Source of the DNA: Coriobacteriia bacterium | Lineage (GTDB): Bacteria; Actinomycetota; Coriobacteriia; WRKU01; WQUG01 | Direction of reading: 5' to 3' | NCBI GenBank assembly: GCA_009784345.1 | Contig: WRBW01000003.1 | Coordinates: 1 to 52,760, forward strand | DNA: 52,760 nucleotides | Part shown: piece by piece, positions 19,826 to 29,790 of the stretch | How positions within the stretch are numbered: position 1 is the first letter of the stretch | Layout: each line of letters begins with the position of its first letter | Made by a program: the position numbers and the translations under genes | Notes under the pieces: model-generated | Seen by the model: the letters and a program-made list of their open reading frames with translations, nothing else | Told to the model about the DNA's origin: nothing | The model's database searches: none

Positions 19826-20009
19826 ATGAATGTCTCCTTTTTGACGTGTCATATCTCTTCTCCATGCGCCGCAGCGCATGCTAATTCAACTCTCTATTTT
19901 CGCACAGTCTTTTGTTTATTTGATGCAGCGACAGACAGAAGAGTGTTTCGTTACCATTTAGTTTGCAATCAAGCGGAGGAGTGCTCCGAGTCACAATACA
20001 TTACACTAC

Positions 20010-20771
20010 TTAATCATCATAGGGGTTTACTTCTGGTTGCCAAAAAGGCCCCGTAAAGGCTTCTTCGTCCCCCTGCGTGAAGTCACGCAGGTTCGTCAGA
20101 GCATCGACGATTTCAGCCTCAGATAAAATACGTCCCGAAAGCTGATCAAAACTTAAGGGAAGCTCGACATCATGGGGTACGGGATAGTCGCTAAAGAATA
20201 GACCGTAGCTGCCTTCATCCGTTTGTGCCAGTACAAAGACCCCCAGCCACGACCAGTAGACCTGCGTTGCCTGTGCATCCAAGCCCTGAACACTTAATTC
20301 ATCCTCTAGCCGAGTCAGGGCACTCTGGTATTGCAGGTAGACATCATCAAAGCTGTGGGCAATAAGACTCGTGTCTTGTTCACGCCAGACAAGCATGCTC
20401 CGGTTCCAACTGCCCTGCTCATCGTAAAGGGGCAGAAAATACATCGCAGGAGCCTGCAGATCGTGCCAATCTTCGACGAAACTCCCATCCCCTGCAGGCT
20501 CAAGTCCCAAAGGGTAGACGGGCAGATAGTTTGCAAGGGGCGCAGCTAGGCCAAAGAGCGGGCTGCCAGCGCGTACCCGAAAATCAGGGCGCAGGGTCAG
20601 ACCCACGTTGACATCTGCTGGATCTTCCCAGACCAACAGCCAGTCTTGCGTCGTCACCGGACGCGACAAGTCATAGCGTTGCGAGCTCAAGCAGCCCGTC
20701 AACACAAGACTTGCCATGATAAGCACGGCAAGTGCGAGGACTGGACGTACTCTGCAAAGAAAGCTCTTCAT
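20010..20771 (-). CDS. Hypothetical lipoprotein
   Basis: Basic N-terminus, hydrophobic core and lipobox LTGC. Starts 1 nt after the stop of the membrane-protein gene. No recognisable domain. Confidence 0.7.
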   Translation of the reverse strand: MKSFLCRVRPVLALAVLIMASLVLTGCLSSQRYDLSRPVTTQDWLLVWEDPADVNVGLTLRPDFRVRAGSPLFGLAAPLANYLPVYPLGLEPAGDGSFVEDWHDLQAPAMYFLPLYDEQGSWNRSMLVWREQDTSLIAHSFDDVYLQYQSALTRLEDELSVQGLDAQATQVYWSWLGVFVLAQTDEGSYGLFFSDYPVPHDVELPLSFDQLSGRILSEAEIVDALTNLRDFTQGDEEAFTGPFWQPEVNPYDD

Positions 20772-20772
20772 G

Positions 20773-22311
20773 CTAGATCAAGAACAGGGCCGCAATAACG
20801 CCCACGAGTCCGATGGCCGACAAGGCATAGACCGGAATCTTTGGCATTTCACCTTTGTTTTGCATGGCTCTTCCAAAGATGAAAAAGACAAAGGGGTGCA
20901 CCAAGAAGGGCATGGCAAAAATGAAGGGGAGCAAGCTTGCGATCTCCGCCCCAAACATGCCGTCTTGTGTTGCCGCAAAAAGTCCAAAGTGCGACAGTGA
21001 AGAGGTCACGGCGGCGGCTGCATAATCAAGGGGCATCTTGAAGGCGCTGAGCAAAACAAAGCCGCCGAACATGGCGGTCAGCTGCCAACCCAATGAGAAC
21101 TGCATAAGTCCCGTTATTTCCTTGCTGTCCTCACCATCTGCGCGGCGCAGAGTACGCAGCGACCAGGCGGTCAGACCGACACCGACTACCAATACGGCGA
21201 TGGCGGGAATGAGCGTCAAGTTGCCTTGTGCTGCAGATACGGCCAAAACCGAAAATACGAAAATGTGGGCAATAAAGGGCAGGTTAATCATGATGGGCGT
21301 CCTGCTTGCTGCCTTCTTGCCCAGGTCCCCTGCCGTGCAGGCTCCGGTCAGGCCAGCATGCGAAAGGCCTCCGGCCAGACCAGGTGCAAGACAGCGCACA
21401 TTGGCCATCTTTGCAAAGGTCATGATAAGCGCGATGCCGCCAAACATCCACAGCAGCTGTCCGAAGAAGCCAAAGGCAAGTACCGCATTCATTTCGCTGA
21501 CATTAAAGGCCTCCATGATGCGCGAACCGCCCACCATGAAATTTCCTGCCAAGACGATGGGAAGACCGGCAAAAAGCAGGGCTCGAATGGTCGAACCAAA
21601 GGTCCACTTATAGAAAACCGCACCCAGGGTGGCCGTTATCACCATGGCGAAAAATATTTGTGGCAGCGCAATCAGAGGCGCCACTATCTGCGCGATGTAA
21701 AAACTCGCCACCAGAATCAGAATGATGACAAAGGTCTCGAGGATTCCCTTACGCACGTAGAGCTTGCGGTTCTCGAAGGTCGCCCGGTGGTCGATAAGTA
21801 TTATCGATGCCGTCAGTCCTATGAAGGCAAGCAGGGTGTAGTAGCTGCTCATCGAGCCGGCATCGATGCCCACCGTAAAGCGAAATATCGCCTCGATACC
21901 CAGCAGGAGGAAAAAGGTACGAATCAGGTAGAACAGCTGGGCAGAAGTCGTTCCCACGACAATTTCTTTGTCAGAAGGAATCATAAAGGTGTCGGGCGCC
22001 ACTATTTTCTTGTTGAAAATTTTCCGCAGTTCTTGCCCGCCCACAAAGAAGGCGGCAATCAGGGCAATAATGGTACTGCGACTGACAAGCTCGATAATCT
22101 TGAACTCTGGCAGCCCAGGGGACGCAACATCACTGGCGACCAGAACGTAGCCCAGACCGAGGCCAAAGACTACGACCAGAAGGATGGCAGAATAGACCGT
22201 TCCTGCAACCAAGGTACGCGCAACCAAAACCAGGGGAATCAGCAAAAACAGCGAGAGCCAAAACTGATTCAGCACCTGAATTTTCGATATTTCTAGAAGT
22301 ATTTCAGCCAT
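20773..22311 (-). CDS. Uncharacterised polytopic membrane protein with an internal duplication (putative secondary transporter)
   Basis: 512 aa with many hydrophobic helices and a GGAAGG SD. Carries the repeated segment Q-x3-MFGG...LSHxGL...PF-x2-H-x-FVF. Confidence 0.8.
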   Translation of the reverse strand: MAEILLEISKIQVLNQFWLSLFLLIPLVLVARTLVAGTVYSAILLVVVFGLGLGYVLVASDVASPGLPEFKIIELVSRSTIIALIAAFFVGGQELRKIFNKKIVAPDTFMIPSDKEIVVGTTSAQLFYLIRTFFLLLGIEAIFRFTVGIDAGSMSSYYTLLAFIGLTASIILIDHRATFENRKLYVRKGILETFVIILILVASFYIAQIVAPLIALPQIFFAMVITATLGAVFYKWTFGSTIRALLFAGLPIVLAGNFMVGGSRIMEAFNVSEMNAVLAFGFFGQLLWMFGGIALIMTFAKMANVRCLAPGLAGGLSHAGLTGACTAGDLGKKAASRTPIMINLPFIAHIFVFSVLAVSAAQGNLTLIPAIAVLVVGVGLTAWSLRTLRRADGEDSKEITGLMQFSLGWQLTAMFGGFVLLSAFKMPLDYAAAAVTSSLSHFGLFAATQDGMFGAEIASLLPFIFAMPFLVHPFVFFIFGRAMQNKGEMPKIPVYALSAIGLVGVIAALFLI

Positions 22312-22447
22312 GTACCTTCCCTTTTCATCGAGGCTGGGTGGTGGAAAGAAAAAATGCGTTCTAAGGATTGTAGCAGAAATCCTCCATCAAGCAGTCAGCC
22401 CGGATGCAGGCTCACCTATCCTCCACAACACCGGGAAAGCCCTCGAA

Positions 22448-23116
22448 TCAAACAGCAGCAGCTCTTGCCACCATGTCTTGATAGGCTGCAGCTGGGTCAT
22501 CTGCTTTATAGAAAGCATTTCCCGCAACAAAGCAAGCTGCCCCTTGTGCAGAGCACAGTCCGATGGTGTCAGGATTTATGCCCCCATCAACCTGAATAAG
22601 CGGAGTGCGTCCAGCGCTCTCGCACATTGCCTTGAGCTCTCGCAAACGGTCAACCGTTTCAGGTATGAAGGACTGCCCAGAAAAGCCTGGATAGACCGAC
22701 ATGATAAGTATCATGTCAACACAGTCTAGATAGGGCTCAAGACTTGAGACGCAGGCGTCAGGCTTTATCGACAAGCCGAACTTCTTACCACGTGAGTGGA
22801 CGCACTCCGCCATCTTATTAACATCATTGGCAGCTTCGAGGTGAACGGTGATGTAGTCACAGCCGGCGTCGAGGTACCACTCGATGGTTTCGTCGGGGTT
22901 TTCAATCATCAGGTGTGCGTCAAAGACAAGATTTGATATCGGGCGCAGGGCCGCTATGACGGGAGGTCCAAAGGTCAGGTTGGGCACAAAGTGGCCGTCC
23001 ATGACGTCGAGGTGAATCCAAGGACAGCCGGCGTTTTCTGCCGTCTTGAGCGCAGCTGCAAGCTTGGTGAAGTCTGCCGACAAGAGCGACGGCGAAATGA
23101 TAATTGATTGAGACAT
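22448..23116 (-). CDS. rpe: Ribulose-phosphate 3-epimerase
   Basis: SPSLLSADF, HLDVMDGHFVPNLTFG, DAHLMI, MSVYPGFSGQ, VDGGIN. Confidence 0.98.
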   Translation of the reverse strand: MSQSIIISPSLLSADFTKLAAALKTAENAGCPWIHLDVMDGHFVPNLTFGPPVIAALRPISNLVFDAHLMIENPDETIEWYLDAGCDYITVHLEAANDVNKMAECVHSRGKKFGLSIKPDACVSSLEPYLDCVDMILIMSVYPGFSGQSFIPETVDRLRELKAMCESAGRTPLIQVDGGINPDTIGLCSAQGAACFVAGNAFYKADDPAAAYQDMVARAAAV

Positions 23117-23183
23117 TACAATCCCTTCAAAACTACGAAGTGCTCCTGATGTGCAGAGTCAAAGAGTCTGTGCATCAGCTGCT

Positions 23184-24176
23184 TTACTCTGATCCTACGG
23201 GTCGACTCATGAGCTTCCCAAACCCCTGCTCCGGATCAAGTCCTTCGTAGAGGATTTCATAAATAAGCTGCGTAACAGGCATTTCTACGCCGCGGTCACG
23301 AGCAAGTTCATAAATGCTATTGCAGGCAACAGCGCCTTCCACCACCATTTTAGTGCGCGCCTGATACCCGTCGAGCGTGTCACCACGGGCAATGCCTTCG
23401 CCCAGGCTGCGATTGCGGGAGTGGCGCGAGGTGCAGGTGACTATGAGGTCGCCCATGCCAGCCAGGCCGCGGAAGGTGTCGGTTTGGGCACCAACTGCCT
23501 CGCCGAGGCGCACGAGTTCTGCGAGACCGCGGGTCATCAGCGATGCTTTTGCGTTGTCACCAAAGCCCAAGCCGTCACAGATACCACAGGCAATGGCAAC
23601 AACATTCTTGCCGGCGCCACAGAGCTCTACCCCCATGAGGTCAGTATTGGTGTAGACGCGGAAAAAGGGTGTCGAAAAGAGTTCTTGGAAATAACGCGCG
23701 ATTTCTTCGTTGTGAGCAGCAACAACCGTCGCCGAAGGCACCGCCTTGCTGACCTCTTCTGCGTGGTTAGGTCCTGATAGTGCCGCAATGCGCTCTGGGT
23801 TACCTAGGACTTCTTCGAGGATTTCAGTCATCAAAAGGTGCGTACCTGCCTCGAGCCCCTTTGAGAGGATAATAACGGGCGTATCGCTGGGAAGCGTTTT
23901 TGCCATCTCTTCAGCGGTCGCGCGCACCCCAATGCTGGGCGTCACCATGACAACGGCATCTGCTCCCTTGAGTGCTGTCGAAATGTCAGAGCTTGCTTTC
24001 GTGCGCTCGCTGAGCTGCACCTTTGGCAGGTAAAGGGGATTTCTGCCAGATGCATTGAGGGCATCTGCGATTTCGGTTTCATAGGCCCAAATACTGACGG
24101 TGTTTCCCTTACCATCAAGGAGCCAAGCAGCTGCCATTCCCCATGAGCCTGCTCCAATGACGCTTATCTTAGACAT
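23184..24176 (-). CDS. gpsA: NAD(P)H-dependent glycerol-3-phosphate dehydrogenase
   Basis: GAGSWG, SGPNHAEE, KNVVAIACG, GDNAKA, GLAGMGDLIVTCTSRHSRNR. Confidence 0.98.
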   Translation of the reverse strand: MSKISVIGAGSWGMAAAWLLDGKGNTVSIWAYETEIADALNASGRNPLYLPKVQLSERTKASSDISTALKGADAVVMVTPSIGVRATAEEMAKTLPSDTPVIILSKGLEAGTHLLMTEILEEVLGNPERIAALSGPNHAEEVSKAVPSATVVAAHNEEIARYFQELFSTPFFRVYTNTDLMGVELCGAGKNVVAIACGICDGLGFGDNAKASLMTRGLAELVRLGEAVGAQTDTFRGLAGMGDLIVTCTSRHSRNRSLGEGIARGDTLDGYQARTKMVVEGAVACNSIYELARDRGVEMPVTQLIYEILYEGLDPEQGFGKLMSRPVGSE

Positions 24177-24179
24177 AGC

Positions 24180-24869
24180 TTACTCGCTTTCTGAAGGGCG
24201 TGTTCGTTTGCCGCGATCTTTCCAGGAAAAACGTGGTTCACTGCCTTCACGCAGTCGTTTAATGTTAGCACGGTGAAAGATAGGAACAATCACGGCTATA
24301 ACGGCGGCAAAGAGCGTCAGTGGCCAATTGTTATATACCAGTGCCGTCCACAAGGGAAAGCTAACTGCCGTGACCATCGTTCCCACGGATACATAGCGGG
24401 TAATCGCCGTTGTTGAAAAGAAGATTGCTGCTGAAATAACAAAGACCACGGGGACCAGGGCAAACATGACCCCTGCCGTTGTAGCAGCACCTTTGCCACC
24501 CTTGAACCTGATGTAGGGCGAGGCCGTGTGCCCAATAATGGCGGCGAGTGCCGCTGCAATCATGAGCCAAGCTGAAAGAGCCTGATCCCAACCAGCCGCG
24601 CCAGCTATGCTTCGAGCCAAAAAGACCGGAATCGCACCCTTCGCCATATCAAGCAGCAGTATGCCAATACCTGCTTTTGCCCCCAAGATGCGAAAGGTAT
24701 TGGTGGCGCCTAGGTTGCCCGAACCCTCTTTCAAAAGGTTCACCTTAAAAAAGATCTTCCCTACCATCATCGCAAAGGGAATAGCCCCAAAAAGGTAGGC
24801 AAAGAGTGTCACTGCCACAAAAACAAGACCTGCTGGTAGCAGCAAGAAAAGATCAACAAAAAAAGACAT
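24180..24869 (-). CDS. plsY: Glycerol-3-phosphate acyltransferase PlsY
   Basis: Start ATG 24869. Motifs YLFGAIP, GSGNLGATN, DMAKG, GH...FKGGKGAAT, HRANIKRL. Confidence 0.95.
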   Translation of the reverse strand: MSFFVDLFLLLPAGLVFVAVTLFAYLFGAIPFAMMVGKIFFKVNLLKEGSGNLGATNTFRILGAKAGIGILLLDMAKGAIPVFLARSIAGAAGWDQALSAWLMIAAALAAIIGHTASPYIRFKGGKGAATTAGVMFALVPVVFVISAAIFFSTTAITRYVSVGTMVTAVSFPLWTALVYNNWPLTLFAAVIAVIVPIFHRANIKRLREGSEPRFSWKDRGKRTRPSESE

Positions 24870-25026
24870 ACGGGGACAAACTCCTTTGGCAAAAGAGGGC
24901 TTGAAAAGCACATGAATACGGTAGCACATAATCGCGCGAAAAATATGTGCTAAAACTCTCAAAGGTGCAGGTCAGAGAGGGTGTGCAAGCATATTTTTGT
25001 CTACATTTTTGTATACACTTTCGTAA

Positions 25027-26547
25027 TTAGCCCTTGCGCTTAAATTTAAGGATGACGGGTGTGCCTGCAAGGTCAAAGTGCTCGCGCAGACGGTTCTCCA
25101 GATAGCGCTGATAACTGTCATCAACCAGATGTGGATGATTACAGAAAAAAGTGAATCCTGGAGGCTCATAATGCGTCTGCGCAACGTACTTGATGGTGAG
25201 CTTCTGTGGTCCTTTGCTCACGGTATGTCCGAACTGGCGGAGCTCTGTCAAAAAGCGGTTGAGGGCAGAAGTTGTTATCTGCATGCGATAGTTCGCAAAG
25301 ACGTCAAGCACGGCATCGAGAATACGATCGAGACCACGTCCACTCTTAGCACTGACGCGAATGACGGGAGCCCAAGAGATGAAGTTTAGACGGTCTTCAA
25401 TGCGGTCCATCAAAATAGTGCGAGCACGCTCTGCCTCATCGGCGTGCTCTGCCGATTCCTGCTTCATCAAATCCCATTTGTTGAGCAAGACCACGATGGC
25501 GCGTCCACGCTCTTGCGCATAAGAAGCGATGCGCTGGTCTTGGTCTGTCAGGCCGATTTCTGCATCAATCACCAAGAGCACGACATCGGCGCGGTCTATG
25601 GCACGCATGGCGCGAACAAAGCCATAGTATTCGACATCTGAATCGATAACGGCCTTCCTGCGGATTCCTGCCGTATCTACCAGAGTGATTTCGCGGTCTT
25701 TGTAGATAAAGTCGGTATCGATGGCGTCTCGCGTTGTGCCCGCAACATCTGAAACGATGGCGCGATCCATGTTTGAAAGGCGATTAGTCAGTGATGATTT
25801 TCCTGCATTCGGCCTGCCGATGACGGCCACCATGATGGGGTCATTGGGGTCAAAAACGGGTCTACGACTGCGGCGACGCGCCTCTTCGCCATAAGGGTCC
25901 TGGTCTGGATCATACTCCCCATCGACAAAATCACCGTCTGCATCGACTTCATACAATTCATACTCGTCGTAGTCGACCCCCTCGAGACCGGCAATATCTG
26001 CCGTCGTCGTCGGATAGACATTTTCATGAAGCTGCACGGGCTCGGGCAGCACCTTGATGATTTCATCAAAGAGGTCGCCCGTTCCGGTACCGTGGGTTGC
26101 AGACAAGGGATAGGGCTCACCCAGACCGAGGTTCCAGAACTCATAGGTCTCGCGCTCGCTAGTGGGGTCATCGACCTTGTTCACCGCCAGAAAGACGGGC
26201 TTTTTTGAGCGCTTGAGCATCCGAGCAAGCGTCTCGTCATCTGCCGTCATACCTGTCTGCCCGTCAACGAGCAGCACAATCGCATCAGCCTGCTGCATGG
26301 CAATGTCTGCCTGAGCACGAATACCCGCCTGAAAATCATCGTCACGTGCCATTTCGATGCCGCCCGTATCAATCAAAATAAAGTGATGACCAGACCAATC
26401 AGCCTCATGATAACTGCGATCGCGCGTCACACCGCGCTCGCCATGGACGATGGCATCGCTGCGACCACTGATGCGGTTCACAAAGCTCGACTTACCCACA
26501 TTGGGGCGACCAACAATAGCTATGACCGGCAAGGTTTTTCTGGGCAT
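25027..26547 (-). CDS. der: Ribosome biogenesis GTPase Der (EngA)
   Basis: Two G domains (GRPNVGKS/DTGG/NKVD and GRPNAGKS/DTAG/NKWD) and KH-like YLENRLRE. Confidence 0.98.
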   Translation of the reverse strand: MPRKTLPVIAIVGRPNVGKSSFVNRISGRSDAIVHGERGVTRDRSYHEADWSGHHFILIDTGGIEMARDDDFQAGIRAQADIAMQQADAIVLLVDGQTGMTADDETLARMLKRSKKPVFLAVNKVDDPTSERETYEFWNLGLGEPYPLSATHGTGTGDLFDEIIKVLPEPVQLHENVYPTTTADIAGLEGVDYDEYELYEVDADGDFVDGEYDPDQDPYGEEARRRSRRPVFDPNDPIMVAVIGRPNAGKSSLTNRLSNMDRAIVSDVAGTTRDAIDTDFIYKDREITLVDTAGIRRKAVIDSDVEYYGFVRAMRAIDRADVVLLVIDAEIGLTDQDQRIASYAQERGRAIVVLLNKWDLMKQESAEHADEAERARTILMDRIEDRLNFISWAPVIRVSAKSGRGLDRILDAVLDVFANYRMQITTSALNRFLTELRQFGHTVSKGPQKLTIKYVAQTHYEPPGFTFFCNHPHLVDDSYQRYLENRLREHFDLAGTPVILKFKRKG

Positions 26548-26565
26548 GGTAATACCTCTCTTTGC

Positions 26566-28041
26566 TTATGCTTCGTCTTTGAGTGCCTGTGCGGCGGCGG
26601 CAATCTGCGCGGTCAGCCCGGCAACACCCGTCTGGTAAAAGGCGATGTGAACGGGTCTACCCTGACCGCAGGTGCGGAGCTCATCAATCAACTGCTGCGC
26701 CGTATAATCATCAAGGGTAATGCCGTCATCATTGAAGATACAGTCAGGAATGAGATAGCGATGCTTTTCGACTCCAGCGTGACCCTCTTCATGCAAGTAC
26801 TCGCAATCAAGCTTTACACCGCGCAAAATATCGAGACCTGTGAGAAGCCCCGTCACACTGACATTGCCGCCAAAGAAGCGATTCTTTATGGGCAAGAGGC
26901 GCAACTTGCCTCCCGCATTGATGCCACCTAAAACACCTAGCCATGTTTGCGTTAAGAGCTCGCCGCAGACGATGGTTATGGCTTCCTTGCCTGCGTCGGC
27001 AGGCAACATCTTGCCGTCTGGGCCCGATGGCTGAGGGGGCAACAGGGTCAGTGCCGTTGAAAGCTCATCAAGATTATCGCGGACATCGGCAATAAAGTTC
27101 AAAATCATCCCGATGCCATTTTCAAGCTGCGGAAAGCCATCGTAGTATTGCGGTAGCGGGAAGGGCGCGTGGGCATGTACGTAGAACTCATCCGCCAAAT
27201 AGACCCAGGTAAGTCCCGTCTCCTTTTCGTGAGCAAACTGGTAGGTCTGTACTTGGTCGATAACAGACTTGCACCACTCTTCGCGCTCAGCCGGCACCGT
27301 GCTCGCATCTGTCAGCATTTCTTTGAGACGAGCGGGTGCATAGTCCGTGTAGGCCACCGGGACAATACCGACACTCAGGACATGAGCAATGCGCGCCGGA
27401 TCCTGCAAATAAGCAAGTGTCTCATCTAAGATAGCGCCATCATTGACGCCAGGTACCAGCACTATCTGGATATGAAAATCGATACCAGCCTCTATGAGCT
27501 CATCAAAGTTTTCCAATGCAAGATCATGGTTTTTACCCATCAAGCGCGTGCGCACCTCAGGATTTGATGCATGAAAGGACAGACGAAGCGGAGAAATGCG
27601 CTGCTCCACGATACGGTCCTTATCTTCGGGCTTTAAGTTTGTTAGGGTAATAAAGTTTCCCTGCAGGAAAGACAGACGATAGTCATCGTCGCGCATGCAC
27701 AGGGTTTTGCGCGCTGTTGCCGGCAGCTGCCTCATAAAGCAAAAGACGCAGTCGTTCTTGCAGCTGTGGATTTTGTCATAAATCACGTCGTCAAAAACCA
27801 GTCCCCAGCCGTCCTGCAAATTATCGCGCTGCAGCATGACCGTGCGCAGGTCACCGTCAGCGGCTCGAAGCTCGAGCTCGACTTCAGGACCATCGCTTTC
27901 CCACAGCCATTCGATGTAGTCGTGAGCTGGCTTGCCATTGATGGAATGGACGTACTCCCCCGCCGAAATTCCTGCCGCGTCTGCAATCGACCAAGGTTCA
28001 ACAGCTGCAATCAGGGCTGCACGCGTAATCTTAGGATTCAT
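26566..28041 (-). CDS. PDZ + radical-SAM-like DUF512 FeS protein
   Basis: Start ATG 28041. PDZ-like N-terminus, CxxxCxxC (CKNDCVFC), DDDYRLSFLQGNFITLTN, ADEFY, PQLENGIG, NRFFGG; next to der, as is usual for this family. Confidence 0.9.
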   Translation of the reverse strand: MNPKITRAALIAAVEPWSIADAAGISAGEYVHSINGKPAHDYIEWLWESDGPEVELELRAADGDLRTVMLQRDNLQDGWGLVFDDVIYDKIHSCKNDCVFCFMRQLPATARKTLCMRDDDYRLSFLQGNFITLTNLKPEDKDRIVEQRISPLRLSFHASNPEVRTRLMGKNHDLALENFDELIEAGIDFHIQIVLVPGVNDGAILDETLAYLQDPARIAHVLSVGIVPVAYTDYAPARLKEMLTDASTVPAEREEWCKSVIDQVQTYQFAHEKETGLTWVYLADEFYVHAHAPFPLPQYYDGFPQLENGIGMILNFIADVRDNLDELSTALTLLPPQPSGPDGKMLPADAGKEAITIVCGELLTQTWLGVLGGINAGGKLRLLPIKNRFFGGNVSVTGLLTGLDILRGVKLDCEYLHEEGHAGVEKHRYLIPDCIFNDDGITLDDYTAQQLIDELRTCGQGRPVHIAFYQTGVAGLTAQIAAAAQALKDEA

Positions 28042-28927
28042 AGTCTGCTCCAAGTTGTTCTGACGGGGCGATTTCGCTAATGCGGGCAACGACGCTCTGC
28101 AGCTGGTCTTCTGGCGTTGAGGCTCCGGCTGTCACGCCCACTTTTTGTGCACCTTCAAACCAGGCTTCATCGAGCTCTGCCTTCGTCTCGATGTGATAGC
28201 TGCGCGGACAGGCCTCGCGGCTGATCTCATACAGGCGGCGCGTATTGCCGCTATTGTGCCCCCCGACGACAATCATGACGTCAACCTGATGGGACAGAGC
28301 TTCGGTTGCCTGCTGCCTTTTGGTCGTTGCGCTGCAGATAGTATTAACGACGCGCAGTTCGCGCACCTTGTCGCGCAGCTCTGCCACCACTTCATTTAAG
28401 GCTTCTGCCGTTTGAGTCGTCTGAATCACGACGCCAACCCGCTCATCTTTTAGCTCTTCAAGCGGCGGTAGGTCAGATGCACCCGCCACGATATGGGCTT
28501 TTTTGCCGGCACGCGCTTCGATGCCAAAGACTTCGGGGTGGTCAGGTTCGCCCACAATCAGGACGGTATAGCCTTCGTCTGCCAGCTTTTCTGCAGCCTC
28601 TTGTACGCGCGCAACGTGGGGACAAGTTGCATCAACCACTTTGGCGCCACGCGCCTCTGCTTCTTCAATGACACAGGGTGCCACACCATGACTGCGGATA
28701 ATAAGGGTGCTTTCCACTCCGTCACCAGCAGGTGCCAAGTCATCAAGACTGGTCACGACATCGACCCCAATGAGCCGCAAGGTATCAACGGCCTGCGGAT
28801 TATGAATGAGCTCGCCCAGGCTTGCCACCGGCGCGCCCTTAGCTGAACGGGCAGCCTCACGGGCAAGCTTTAGGGCACGCTCGACACCGTAGCAGGTGCC
28901 CGCAGGTCTTGCAACATGGATTTCCAT
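28031..28927 (-). CDS. ispH: 4-hydroxy-3-methylbut-2-enyl diphosphate reductase
   Basis: Three FeS cysteines (GTCYGVERA, DATCPHV, TICSAT); IHNPQ, HPEV, SGNT, TAGASTP. Confidence 0.97.
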   Translation of the reverse strand: MEIHVARPAGTCYGVERALKLAREAARSAKGAPVASLGELIHNPQAVDTLRLIGVDVVTSLDDLAPAGDGVESTLIIRSHGVAPCVIEEAEARGAKVVDATCPHVARVQEAAEKLADEGYTVLIVGEPDHPEVFGIEARAGKKAHIVAGASDLPPLEELKDERVGVVIQTTQTAEALNEVVAELRDKVRELRVVNTICSATTKRQQATEALSHQVDVMIVVGGHNSGNTRRLYEISREACPRSYHIETKAELDEAWFEGAQKVGVTAGASTPEDQLQSVVARISEIAPSEQLGADYES

Positions 28928-28989
28928 GTCGCCACCATCCTCTCAATAAAACTCTCACTGACCGCCTCGCGAGCCAGCTTAATCTCTTC

Positions 28990-29790
28990 TTAGCGGCTGC
29001 GCTTTGCGTTGTCTGTGCGTGCTACCTCAAAGGAAGCAGCGATGCCCTCCATAACAAGATCCGTCAAGCGTGCTATGCGCTCTTTTTTTGCATATTCAGA
29101 AGCCGGCACCACCTCGTCAGGCACCAAAGCCTCGCCAAAGTGCACGTCAACGGCGGGAAAACGCAGGGTGCGCATACCATCAGGCCTGATGCGATCTGTT
29201 CCCGCAATACCTACGGGCACAACAGGCACATTGTTGCGAATCGCAAGCCAAGCAGCACCACCATGCGCCTCGCCCAAACCGTGGTCTTTGTCCACCATCA
29301 TGTCCTCGTTGCGAATGCGCGTGCCTTCGGGGAAAATCCCAATCGTGTCACCAGCTTTGAGCAAATTCGAGGCCTTGCGCATGGTATCAAGGTCAGCCTT
29401 GTCACGCGAAATGGGCAGTGCGCCCGCCTGGTCGATAATCCAGGCAAGAGGCTTGAATTTCCATAGATTTCGCTTGCCCAAGAGACGCAGCTTAAAGCCG
29501 TAACGGCGCGTCAGGGCAATCACCACAATGGCATCCATATTGCTCAAATGGTTGGGGCTCATGATGTAGGCACCCGTGGGCAGGTTTTCTGCCCCCGTGA
29601 CCCGAACGCGATACATCGGAACAATGATGATGCTTGCCAGAAAAAGCACAAAGGAACGCAGCACCCATTTGGGCTCGCCAGGCTTGCCCTTATCTGCAAG
29701 CGCATGCCTGCGCATGGCTACATGACGAGGCTCTCTGCTCTTCACCTTCGTCTTTTCTGCAGCATCTTTTTGCGGAGTACGTCCACTCAT
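28990..29790 (-). CDS. plsC: 1-acyl-sn-glycerol-3-phosphate acyltransferase
   Basis: NHLSNMD (HX4D), IFPEGTR, VPVVPVGI. Confidence 0.9.
   Translation of the reverse strand: MSGRTPQKDAAEKTKVKSREPRHVAMRRHALADKGKPGEPKWVLRSFVLFLASIIIVPMYRVRVTGAENLPTGAYIMSPNHLSNMDAIVVIALTRRYGFKLRLLGKRNLWKFKPLAWIIDQAGALPISRDKADLDTMRKASNLLKAGDTIGIFPEGTRIRNEDMMVDKDHGLGEAHGGAAWLAIRNNVPVVPVGIAGTDRIRPDGMRTLRFPAVDVHFGEALVPDEVVPASEYAKKERIARLTDLVMEGIAASFEVARTDNAKRSR

Noticed and set aside
19826-20009. Lysine riboswitch upstream of dapA
   Set aside because: No AGAGGNGC start, no multi-stem L-box architecture and no terminator; only a small CATGCGC/GCGCATG hairpin.
21226-22296. 356-aa plus-strand ORF
   Set aside because: Antisense to the membrane-protein gene; composition is typical of a shadow frame.
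24915-25020. Hairpins between der and plsY (TAGCACATA/TATGTGCTA) and between gpsA and rpe (23147-23179)
   Set aside because: They lack the repeat-family core and clear U-tracts; probably ordinary mRNA stability or termination stems.
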